This document shows positions 37,807 to 53,823 of a stretch of DNA of 64,000 nucleotides, piece after piece (positions within the stretch are counted from its first letter, which is position 1; every line of letters begins with the position of its first letter). The stretch is from contig NW_026515676.1 of NCBI RefSeq assembly GCF_025526975.1, positions 124,001-188,000 on the forward strand, read 5' to 3'. A program made the translations under genes and the position numbers. The notes below the pieces were generated by a model that did not search any database, had not been told where the DNA came from, and saw nothing but the letters and a program-made list of their open reading frames with translations. Source of the DNA: Fimicolochytrium jonesii (lineage: Eukaryota).

Positions 37807-38236
37807 TGTGAAGCGCGACGGGATACAGTAATACGAGAAGATTGCTGAGAAAGGCTTTGGAGGGAGAGTCTACGGTAGGGTGAGCGACGATGATTGTGAA
37901 CGTCGAGTCTGTATCGTTGAAGGGAGACTCTGAACAGGTCTTACGAGTTGGCTGGGTCAAGCGGGCATCGGTGATGCTAGATGGTCAACTCGTCACCACA
38001 AGCGCGAGAAGCGGAGCTCTCTTCTGCAGTTTGCACCAGAGTTTGCACTCCGGTTTGCACTTTCCGCACTCTTTCCCAACTCTGTTTTCGCGCAAGGACA
38101 GCGTCCACGACGGGAACGACGACGTAGACAACGTGCTCATTTCCGCATACCTTGTCGCCTCAAACTGTCCACCGTTGGGAAGCCTTTGTTTTTGGAACAC
38201 CTCCGAATATCTCCCATAACGCCTCGCCTCTCCACC

Positions 38237-39196
38237 ATGGACCAAACGCTCTCAAAACGCCTCGGCTTCCTCCACGACGCCGCCCACGCCCTCTTCGCCT
38301 CCCATCCGTCCCTCTCCCGCCACTACCTCTCGACATTCACCGAAACCTGCGTCGCAACGCAAACGCCTATTATCGACAAGGTTGCACGGCGATATTGCTC
38401 GAGGTGTGCGACGCTGTATGCGGCGGGACGGACGGTGGATGTTTGTGTGAGGAGGGTGCATGGCAGGCAGGAGAAGGGGAAGGGCAAAAGTTCGGAGGCG
38501 GGGCGAGGGGTGAAGGGTGAGGCGCCGGCGCCCGGCAAGGAGAAAGTGACTCCAGAGGGAGGGACACCGGGCGTTGAGCAGAAGAAGAAAGGGAAGAGAC
38601 TACAAAAGCAGAAGCGGCTTGGGACAGCGGATATGGGAAGGGCAGAAACCCGAAAGTCCGAAACGGGAAAAACAGCACAGTGGACTGCAGAAACGTACGA
38701 GACGGCTACGAGCGGACTCACACCAGTTAACATAAACCGCTTGGGCGATGAAACAACCTCAGCACGACAATCGACAGCACCGCTGGCGAGCAGCTATATT
38801 GCCTACGTCTGCACGACATGTACCGCGGAAACGAGGTTGGCAGGCACACCAGCAGGGTTTACACTCCCGAAGCCGGTATCCACTTCCCTTCCCATCAAAA
38901 TTGCCAAGCCGAAGAGTAAAACATCATTAAGTACTGCCGCCTTCGCCACATCTGCAACCACGCCGAAGGTTGCAGCATCCTTATCCCGCAACGCATCGAA
39001 GTCGGCGTCATCAAATGCTGCGGAGTCTTCCAAGTCGGTAGCGCAGGCACAGCTCCCTAAACCCGCAGATCCAAACTCAAAAGCAGCAACGAAGCGGAAA
39101 CGGAAGGATGATTTGCAGAGTCTGCTTGCTAAGAAAGGGAGTGGCGGCAGTGGTTCCGGATCGTTGTCGCTCACGGATTTTCTTTCGGATCTTTGA
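38237..39196 (+). CDS. RNase P Rpr2/Rpp21/Snm1-family zinc-ribbon protein with low-complexity inserts
   Basis: RLGFLHDAAH...LSRHY...RRYCSRC...YVCTTC, and C-terminal LSLTDFLSDL. Confidence 0.8.
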   Translation: MDQTLSKRLGFLHDAAHALFASHPSLSRHYLSTFTETCVATQTPIIDKVARRYCSRCATLYAAGRTVDVCVRRVHGRQEKGKGKSSEAGRGVKGEAPAPGKEKVTPEGGTPGVEQKKKGKRLQKQKRLGTADMGRAETRKSETGKTAQWTAETYETATSGLTPVNINRLGDETTSARQSTAPLASSYIAYVCTTCTAETRLAGTPAGFTLPKPVSTSLPIKIAKPKSKTSLSTAAFATSATTPKVAASLSRNASKSASSNAAESSKSVAQAQLPKPADPNSKAATKRKRKDDLQSLLAKKGSGGSGSGSLSLTDFLSDL

Positions 39197-39349
39197 GCGT
39201 ATTCGAATCGGACCATATACCCTCCACCTGCGCGTCCATTTTCGTCAACATTATGTACAACGATCGATAAACCCATAGGTTTGGCATCTGCTTTGCCATT
39301 ATTTCGTACATAGAACCTACATCGTAGATGCGGTCTACTGAAAATGCAA

Positions 39350-40237
39350 CTAGTCCTCCCGTTTCCGCACATTCCGATTCCCTTTCATGGCGGCCCCAAG
39401 TTTCCGTTTCTTGAAAACTGGCGCGGCGGATCCCGTCGCCAAGCCATCAGTCGCAAAGAGGTCGCCGTTGTCTTGGATCATTTTCTCCTTCAACTTGAAC
39501 TCTTTCAAATTCTGCTCAGGCTCCTCATCCCCATCATCCGCCCATGAATTTCCCACAAACTCCGACACCTGCTCCTTCTTGTCATCGCCTCCTGTCGCAG
39601 TGGATGATGGAGGTGGGGGCGGATGAATCGCAATGGTTTCCCAATCACCGTACGGATGTGATTCGGTGTCATCCTTCTCGGTCTTGTTCTTGATAGAGGA
39701 TGCTTCCTGTGACTTCTTGTTGAGGTTCTCGAGGACTGTGGCCACGGCTGAGTTGGTTGCGGCGTCTTTCTGAGATTGACGACGGGCTGCTGCTGCCGCT
39801 TCCGGGGTTAGCGCTAGTGTCGAAGGTCCCTGGGTATCCCGGGCGTATTGTTTGCCTGCCGCCTGAGAGAGCCTTTGTGTTAATCGACTAGAGAAGGATA
39901 GTGTTGAAGGCAGAGACAGCCATGCCTGCTCAATCTTTTCCAACATCGCCTTCGTCTCCGCATCCACCGCATTTTTCTCTTCCTGTCGTTTATGCACGTC
40001 CCGCAGATAATTTGCTATGTTCTCTTTGTGCTTTCGTCCGCCATCGTGATTTTGCCGGCTCTATTTCACCCCCCAGGGAAAGAATAGAAGAAACGCAGGC
40101 TGTCGTAAGACCGTCAGCCCTCTATTGGGACAGCGATTGAAGGAGTCCCTGGGAAAACTTACGATTTTGTTGTCTGCAATGTATATCCCGCAGTACTTAC
40201 AGTAGTGTTTCTTGTTGGAAACCCAGTATTCTGACAT
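39350..40237 (-). CDS. U1/matrin-type zinc-finger splicing protein (WBP4/FBP21-like, no WW domain seen)
   Basis: MSEYWVSNKKHYCKYCGIYIADN...HDGGRKHKEN, PYGDW, and C-terminal PVFKKRK. Confidence 0.85.
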
Positions 40238-40506
40238 GATCTCTATTTGTCGACGAGACTTGGACCTCGATATCTATGGGACGGCAGTAACAAGCGAGCT
40301 ATAACAGGTGCTCGTTAGCAGCAGGTATGTAGTTCTTGTCCTTTGGTTTCGGAGTTGATGTTGAAGTGCCGTTTGCGCGCATAAAAAACTACAGACCGAG
40401 GACCTGAGGAAGGGGCAGCATTTTTCTCGTTCACTCCGACCTGGCGTCCGAATAGTCCGAATAGAAGAAGCACAGCGTCGTTTACAAGCATCAACAGCCC
40501 CGCACT

Positions 40507-41823
40507 ATGTCAAATGTCACTCGCACTGGGGACAGGGTGCTCTACTCTCTCGAGGGCAAGACCCTGAAGCTCGACACTGCTGAAGATGCTAAGCAGTACG
40601 CCGACGAGATCCGGGGGGTGGAAGGTCTCACGGAAATCAAACTAAGTGGAAACACTTTCGGAGTGGAGGCTGGTCGGGCTATTGCGCTGGCGCTGAAGGA
40701 TCAGCATGCTTTGAAGGTGCGTAGTCATTTGGCTGGGAGATTTGTTTGGATTTATATGTTCTCATCGACTATTTTGGCTTTCCAGGTCGCAGGTTTGGCG
40801 GACATGTTCACCAGTCGTCTGAGAAACGAAATTCCCCTCGTCTTGGACGCCCTGGTGGAGGCCCTCGAGGACAAGAAAAACCTGGTGGAACTCGACCTGT
40901 CGGGTAGGTAGCTGTGTGTGACACACCAGAGCCTTAAGAACATCGAAGCTCATAAGGCCAATTTTGATTTCATTCCAGACAATGCCTTCGGACCGGCTGG
41001 GGCTGAGCCTCTGCAACGGCTGCTGATCAACAACCGTAACATCCAGATTCTTCGATTCTACAACAACGGCCTGGGCATAGAAGGAGCGCGGCTAGTCTCT
41101 GCTGCATTGGTCAAAGCGGCCGAGAAGAACAAACAGGAAGGTCGACCATCATCCTTGCGCGTGATCTACATCGGGCGCAACCGTATGGAGAGCAAGGGTG
41201 TAGAGCACCTTTGCAAAGCCTTCGAAGCCCACGGAGAGAGTCTGCGCGAAATTCGCATGCCGCAAAACAGCATCCGCCCAGAAGGCATCACAGCGTTGAT
41301 GACTGCCCTCGCATCGTGCAAGAACCTCGAACATTTGGATTTGCAGGACAACACGTTTACGGAGGGGGGTTCGGACGCGATTGCCAAGGTGCTGCCCACA
41401 TGGACGAACCTCAAAGTGCTCCACATCGGCGATTGTCTTTTGGGTGAGAAGGGTGCCAAGAAGGTCTTGCGGGCGTTGACACCCGGACACTCTGCGCTTG
41501 AGAAGCTCCACCTGGCATTCAACGAGATCGACCCGGAGGGCGCTGGTCTAATTCCCACGCTGTTGTCGAATAAGAAGAACCTGACGCTACTCGAGCTGAA
41601 CGGGAATGCGTTCGATCCAGAAGGCGATGCTGTGCGGGACATCAAGCGCGCCCTGCTTGAGCTTGGACAGGAGGGTGCGTTAGATGAGTTAGATGAGATG
41701 GAATGGGACGAGGAGGAGGAGGAGGAGGAGGAGGAGGAGGAAGCAGATGCCAGCGGCAAGGAGGAGGAGGAGGATGCAGACGTTGATGCACTCACGGCTG
41801 CCACTGCCAAGCTCAACGTATGA
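40507..41823 (+). CDS. RNA1: Ran GTPase-activating protein
   Basis: LSGNTFGVEA, ADMFTSRL, LSDNAFGP, NNGLG, GRNRME, DLQDNTFT, LRR repeats and an acidic poly-E tail. Confidence 0.95.
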
Positions 41824-42061
41824 TATTCGAGCGTATCTCATAGTTTACCTAGTACTTTACCTATGCCATCAACGATAGATTTGTACTCTTTTAGACTCTG
41901 TCAATATTTTATTTCCGAAGACTGAATGCGTAATAGTGTAACTGCCTGGCTAACTGAAGCAGAGGGAACAGACAGTGATATTGGGATATACGCCAGGTTC
42001 AGTGACGGGAGTGCATGATATGTGCATCCTCATTCCTCATTCCTCCGAACCCATCTATTCG

Positions 42062-43178
42062 CTATAATAACTCAACTTTATCCTCTTCTAACAGCCGCCT
42101 TATCGATTTGTATCTGAGAATGTAAATATTGTTCTTGCGCATCACGATCGTCTCGGAGCTGACAAGCCGGACCAGAAAGTGAGCGGATGGCACTGAAAGC
42201 AAACGGGTCCTCGTCGAAACGCACCTATCTTCCAGCTGAAACTCCCCTATGTCTTCCAGTATTCGGCATATCACTGCATCTTCCAGATCCGGCATGCTCA
42301 CTGCGGGTAGGCATACCATCAGTACTGATCGAGATCCCCTTCTGGTTCGTACGGTAGCACTCACCCATACTGCTGTCCCCTGCTTGATCGTCCAAACGCG
42401 TCAGGAATGGCGGCAGACCCTCCAGACATGACTTCGTAAAGTGTTTTTCTAGAAGTTGTTGAAGGCTGCAGGGAGAGGTACGTTGAGAGCTAGAGATGAG
42501 TGTCCGTCCAAATCTGATGCGTCCCAAGGCAACATCTCCATCTTCCACAGCTGTATCGCAGTCATCCCCTCATCCCCTCATCCCGCTTGTCGGATGCTCA
42601 CTTCTCTGCAAATGCCAACTCCTCCTCCGATAATCGCCCGCGAAACTCTGGTTCTCGAAGGAAGAACGCCGTGTATTTCTGTATCTGCGATTTGAACCCA
42701 CGTCAGGAGTGTATTCCACATGAGGCAATCCAGAACCTCCCATTCGCCACCTTTGCTAGCCGCGTCCGTAGGTAGCTCCTGATCACAAATTTGATCCTCT
42801 CCATCTCTTGCTGGTACAGTACGTTGAGAAACGCTCCATCGGCGGTATCTGACGTTTTCGTTTCTAATATGCTCGTCTGGCAAACCCTTCTTAGCACCGA
42901 ATGCGGCGGTCACCCGCACAATCCGTCGACACCAAAAAATGTACTCCACACACCTGCGCTTCAACCATCTCCAGCAAGCTCCGTACCAGCTCATCCTGAT
43001 ACGGCAATATTTCCGGCGCGCAGCGCTCATTTACCCACCATTGGGTGAGGGTCCGAACATCGTCGTTGAAGTAGCTTGTGGAGGGGTCCTCGAGCTCTTC
43101 GTCGAATTCGAACGGTGAGTCTGTGTCCATGGAATGGCCAGCAGGCCCGTCGGCCGCAGACGGTGAAGAAGTGAGCAT
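42062..43178 (-). CDS. SLD5: GINS complex subunit Sld5
   Basis: WVNERCAPEILPY, EMERIKFVIRSYLRTRLAK, PDLEDAVICR and YILRYKSIRRLLEEDKVELL. Confidence 0.93.
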
Positions 43179-43402
43179 GTTGCGGTGGGAGCACTTGGCG
43201 AGAGAAGATGATGCGAGGTGGCTGACGGTGTTCTGGTCCGATATTGCGGACGGGGCGGGGAACGACGACTCTTTGTAGCGCCGTGTCTGTACCCTGTGCA
43301 CGGAATTGCTATGCCTCTTCGCCCTTTGAACCGTTCAAACTCCTGTACTTCGTTTTGAAGTTGTTCTCTCCTTCCAACATGCATGTCCAGCTCGTCGGAC
43401 AC

Positions 43403-43440
43403 GGCGCCAAATCCATCGCCAGCACGCGTGCACCACGCGT
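43403..43440. promoter_or_regulatory. E2F-type site (TTTGGCGCC on the - strand) plus two MCB boxes (ACGCGT) upstream of SLD5
   Basis: GGCGCCAAA at 43403-43411, and ACGCGT at 43424-43429 and 43435-43440, about 225-260 bp upstream of the start codon. Confidence 0.5.
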
Positions 43441-43626
43441 ATGAGGATTGAACTCTGAATGAACAAGGAAGGTAGGAACCCAGAGGAAGATGCCGTGGAA
43501 TACGGCGAACAACAGAAATGCAAAGGGGTTGGGCGCATAGAACTCGTTTCAGACGAAGCGGGTATATTACAAGAAGAGGGTATCGGACCAGCCTGCATAC
43601 GTTTCCCAAGATGCAGGATATGGAGC

Positions 43627-48980
<5,354 letters not shown>

Positions 48981-49195
48981 GTGATAATCAGAAGTTGGTT
49001 GCTTCGTGATGTGCAGAGAGGAGTTGCTTTCTCGCCGACGTTTTCGCAATGGACTTTTTGAGGGGAGCCGTTGGGGAGCAGGTCTCAGGTATAATGGGAT
49101 GGGAGATGGGAAGGAACGTCACAGGCTGGCGCGAAGAGGTTGGCGCTAGAGGCTCTAAAGGAAGTTAGACTTCCGAGCAAAATTACAGTACTTAC

Positions 49196-49345
49196 AGTTA
49201 GGGTTACGTGCCCTAGTAGGGTTAACAGCCCATAGAAGTCCACAGTTCGTGCGTTAGGGTTAGATTCCTCGTGAGGTAACCCGCCTTCCTCGCGAAGTAC
49301 TGTACACAAGTCAGAGGTAGGGTTAGGATCCTCGCGAGGTAACGG
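49196..49345. repeat. Cluster of telomere-like AGGGTTA motifs with a repeated AGGGTTAG..TCCTCGYGAGGTAAC unit
   Basis: AGGGTTA occurs at about 49200, 49218, 49256 and 49319. Two imperfect copies of about 25 bp each contain the near-palindrome CCTCG(T/C)GAGG. Confidence 0.7.
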
Positions 49346-49713
49346 GCCTCTCCTCTCCCTGAACCGTTTCCGGACTGGTCCGTACAACTGATGCACTCCC
49401 ATTCTACCCAGCAGGGATGGATCGATGTTCGACATCCTTCATCGAGCGCATCCACCGACAACGACATGGCGAAGCGCATGAGCAGAACCTATCTCCCGCG
49501 GGTTTGCGAAATACGTCGACCGAACGGTAAATACGTCGACGCAGCGGGGTTGGTACCACGGGTAACATGACAAATCACATTGCCACACAGCTGTCCAGAC
49601 ACACGTCAACCACGACATCCACACCAATGTTGCAAATCCCGTGTATTTGCCAGAGGTACAGACAGTCCTCGTCCTCCAACCCAAACTCACAACGGGGAAA
49701 AGGCTCAATCTAC

Positions 49714-51977
49714 CTATGCGTTGTAAGCGTGTGTCATCATTTTCCTGTCCGGCCAATCAATCGTCAGCAAAAGTGAGCGTATCAGGCTTGTATGGTTTGA
49801 TACTCACTGCACGGCCATAAGAGCCTGATATCTCACGTCGCCGTCAGCGTGTGTCATGAGTTGCATGACTTGCGTTTTGGCGCCTATCTCTTCCAGTGCC
49901 CTGCATCACGAAAGAAAACGCGTTGGTCTGCTTAGCTGTTGACATTCAATTTCAGACTTGGGAGTCGTAACGCACTTCTTCCCGTTCGTCGCGTATTTCA
50001 CGAACTGGCCAATATCGTGGGCTGCGACGGCCAGGACTACTGGTGATTGCGATGTCGCCACGATCCGGGAGACCAACCTACGTGGGTGTACAATGTTTAA
50101 AGGGGCCGGTCGGAGAAAATGGTTGATGAGCGAGCAAGGCCTACCTCAACAGCTCAAAATCGCGCTCGGTCAACTTGTTTGCGTTCTGCTTCCAGAACTG
50201 CTCTGACAAGTGTGGTGGTGACCATTCGAGCTTTCCGGACCGGACCTCGGTCTCGTACTCGTCCCATGTGCTGTATGAATCACCAGAAACTTAGGGCGTT
50301 GGCTTTCCGGTGTCACAAAAGTATCGAGGTGCTTCTAACCTGAGGTTGGCGACATTCCTCGTGAGCTCCTCCTTCAGATAAGCCAAATCCTCCAGGATAT
50401 CCTCGTCGGACCATTTCCTCCCTGACAAGTTCTCGCAGACGTTGAGAAGCTTGTTCCCGATTAAGGCAGCCATGTTTTCTTGGGGCGCTTCGCTCATCAG
50501 ATTCTAAGTGTCGAATGGGAATGTTTAGAAGCGCGTTCAGGGTGCATTAATCGCTGACGATAGTTTCATACTTTGAAGGTGGCGATAACGACTCGCGATA
50601 CTTTCTCCTTGATCGCAGCTTTGACGATGTCGATGAGTAATGGTACAACATCGTACTTGCTGTACAAGCATTCTGTGAGTGCTCTACTTATCCGAGTCTG
50701 CCCAAAATATGTTCTCCATACCGTTGCAGATCAGCGGCAATGTCCTTGATCAAGGTCAGTAACCACAGGTTGTAAATGACCTGATACTGCATCTGGGCAC
50801 TCGGTGATCCCTTCTTGAGGATGTCCACCATGCTGTGCAAGAATACCCTATGCGTCAGTAGAAGTAGCAGCACTTGCTAAAGCTCCAACTTTTCCGCACT
50901 TTTGAACGCCCTGGTGTGTCTGATAGAACGGCAATCTGTACTCTGGAATAGACAGAATGCTCTGGAGCAGTTGCACAGCGATATCCACAATATTGACGTT
51001 CGCATTCTGCATCTGTGTCGTTAACCACGTGAGCAGTTCCGAGATGTCTGTGGTCTCATTCGATGGCGCATGGCTAGAGACGTGACCCTTCAGCGAGTGT
51101 CGTGATAGTCGGGACGAGATCAAATGTGAACTCACAGTAGAAGGTAGGTGGCGATCTTGGCTGATTTGAGCTGAATGTATTCGTCATCTTTCTTGAGCAG
51201 CCTATGGAGGAATGTGAGCTTCATGTGGAATGTATGCGAGATCGAATCCCGATCGTACTTGAAAAATGGTCCATATGGAAGTGTCGGATCATTTTTCTGC
51301 TGTGCCAAGCGGAAGAACAACTGCACGCGCTCCGGCTTCTCTGCAAACAGAGTGAATGCCGATATTAGTCTTCTGAATCCGGCGCTCCTCCATGTTCCAG
51401 CGTCATCGGCCCTCAATTCGTTTCAACAACAACGTCACTTTGCCCACCTGACAGTACGTCGTCTATCAGAACCAGAATGTTCTGAATTGTGTCGGCCCGT
51501 ACCAGCTTCTGCAGTAAGGTGAGGAACAGGTCGCTGTACTTGTCTCCGGCCTGAAGAAACTCTTACATTAGCACACCCGAACTGCAACTGAGACAAAACT
51601 GATGTAGGATCCTACTTCAGAGAGGGCAGCAGATGGAGATTTCTCAAACTGTCGTATTTGTGCTAGTTCATCCTCTGTAATCAAAGAAGCTCTTTGATAT
51701 CCCTGCAATCAAAAACAAAATCGACGTTAACGCTGAACGTGGCGGGACGGCAAGGTAAGCCGGCGACGAACACATCGGCACAGCCCTGTGCGCGAAAGTG
51801 CGCACCACAGCTACGCTCAGTCATACACATCGTCGCCTTTACCTCCCAAGGGATGGTCCTCGCCCTTATGGACACAGTCTGGTCCTCCAAGTATTTGTTA
51901 TGACTGGCCACGATTGGCGCGTCAATGGAGACGTTGGATAGGTCATCTTGGGCGGGGGTGGCGTTCGCGACAGTCAT
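49714..51977 (-). CDS. VMA13: V-type ATPase subunit H
   Basis: [50 protein letters not shown] and [12 protein letters not shown]. Many introns. Confidence 0.95.
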
Positions 51978-52345
51978 CGTGAGCACACAATGTCCAGCTT
52001 CACTGTCCGGTGGAAGGCGCAGAGACGAGGTAAGTTCAAGGATTCCAGTGTTCCCTCCACTTGGCGGAACTGTTATCTCCAAAGTCGACTACTGCTGTAG
52101 GTCGAGAAAACCCGCTTGTTGTTAAACATGCACTCTGCATTGTACTTCAATGGCGAACTGGAAAGACCATGTCCCATACCAGTTTCTCCGTGCCTGTGTG
52201 TGAAGACCGTGAATGCTTTGTTCAGTGACTTTGACCGTGTGGGCGTGAGAAGTTGGGCTTGATCGTGGGAATATGCAGTCGGCCAGTGCAACTCGGTGGT
52301 TGTGCAGGAAGTTGGAGAGTCTGAGAGTTCCAACGAAGGGCCCTT

Positions 52346-52415
52346 GTCATGGGATTAGGGTTACGGGATTAGGGTTAAAAACCCTAACGGTTAGGGTTAG
52401 GGTTAGGGGTTAACC
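52346..52415. repeat. Interstitial telomere-like repeat cluster with internal inversions
   Basis: GGGATTAGGGTT x2, then AACCCTAAC-G-GTTAGGGTTAGGGTTAGGGGTTAACC. Confidence 0.85.
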
Positions 52416-53823
52416 TCGCTTTCGCACGACGCATATCTTCAAACATCAACACTGTGAAGGACCCTATAGAGAATCGAGGAGAAGGAACGTTCCCGTTTTG
52501 GCCCAATGCGTGATGACATGTATTTCATTACGCATTGCAGAGAGCGGACGGAAAGGGTTAGGGTTGAGTCGCTGTCGCCAGGGGGTTGAACCCGAATCCC
52601 GGATCGCGCTATGGGGATGTGCTCGAGTCTAGCCGAAGATCGGCCCTCAACTCAGAGGTTGGCAGGAACTTCTATCCACAGGGGGTATACGAGGCCCAAC
52701 GCGCTTGACAAAAACTAACCAATCCGTAACAAAATGGTTCAAACATAAACATAACAACGCTGTCCTACGCTTTTGGGCTACAACCTGATACGTGCTATGG
52801 GTATCTTAGCGCTCGTACGAGAGATGGTTTTTTGGGACGGAGAGGCTCTGAATGATTCCCTGGTGGAGGCTCAGACGGAGGGGGAAAAGGGTGTAAACGA
52901 GTTAAAAGCTTCGAAATCAAAGGGGATAATGTGTTCGCGGAATCGAGTCCGCTTGTCGTGGTGGTAGCAGAAATTGCCCAACAGCATCGTCCAGAATTCG
53001 TTTGATTGCCCGTTTCAGGCCCCGTAAATCCTCGGCAAAAGTGATCCCATTCTTGACTGTCTTCTCCCCAACTTGAGGCAATGATGTGGTGCTGGACGAC
53101 ATAATGAAGTAGCGCTGAGAGTTAAGGAATATGGAACGTACAACAGACTGCGATGTTCCGAACAGGTTCACAGGAGCCGACCAACATATCATGCCTGAAG
53201 CCGCGGAGAAGCCAGTGAAGAGACGACCTGTCTTTCTAGAACGTGGAAAGTTAGTTCAGTTTGGAAGTTTCAAATTGCCCGCTCTTACTCCGGTTCCTAT
53301 TTAAAGCTTTGGCGGCTCAGCCACGTTTCAGATGATTCTCCTATACTGTGGGTGTTACCGTGCATCATTGGGATCGTTTCCGCATTTATTTGAACGCTGG
53401 GTTGCAGGAGGCAACCGGTGATGGGGGTGGGTGCAGATTGAAAGAGGGCAGAGATTGCTTTCCGAGCGAATGGGTGTGCTGGTTTGGGGGATGCGGGGAA
53501 GGGAAACCTTTTCCAAATTCAAATTCGGGGGGGGGCCATTCAAAGCGAACGTTGCGCGTTCATTCTGCGGTTAGGGTTCCATGCGGACTGGCTTTGCACA
53601 TTGGGAGCATCGGGCAACTGGCAGGGCGAACAGAACAGAGACCCCATATACATATATACTCCCAGTCGGTAGTCCCTGTGTATCCTACAGCGAGTGGATG
53701 TTCTCCCTCTTTCGTGCTGCCGTATCACCTGCACGAAGCAGAACCGTCGCCTTGCCCGTCTACTGTGCTCTTTTTCCGCATTCCTTCCACTTCGTCCAGC
53801 ACACTACGCAGTCTCCCGTCAGA

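Noticed and set aside
52570..52680. tRNA gene suggested by GGGTTCAACCCCC on the - strand
   Set aside because: No acceptor, D or anticodon stems can be built, and the T-stem is mismatched.
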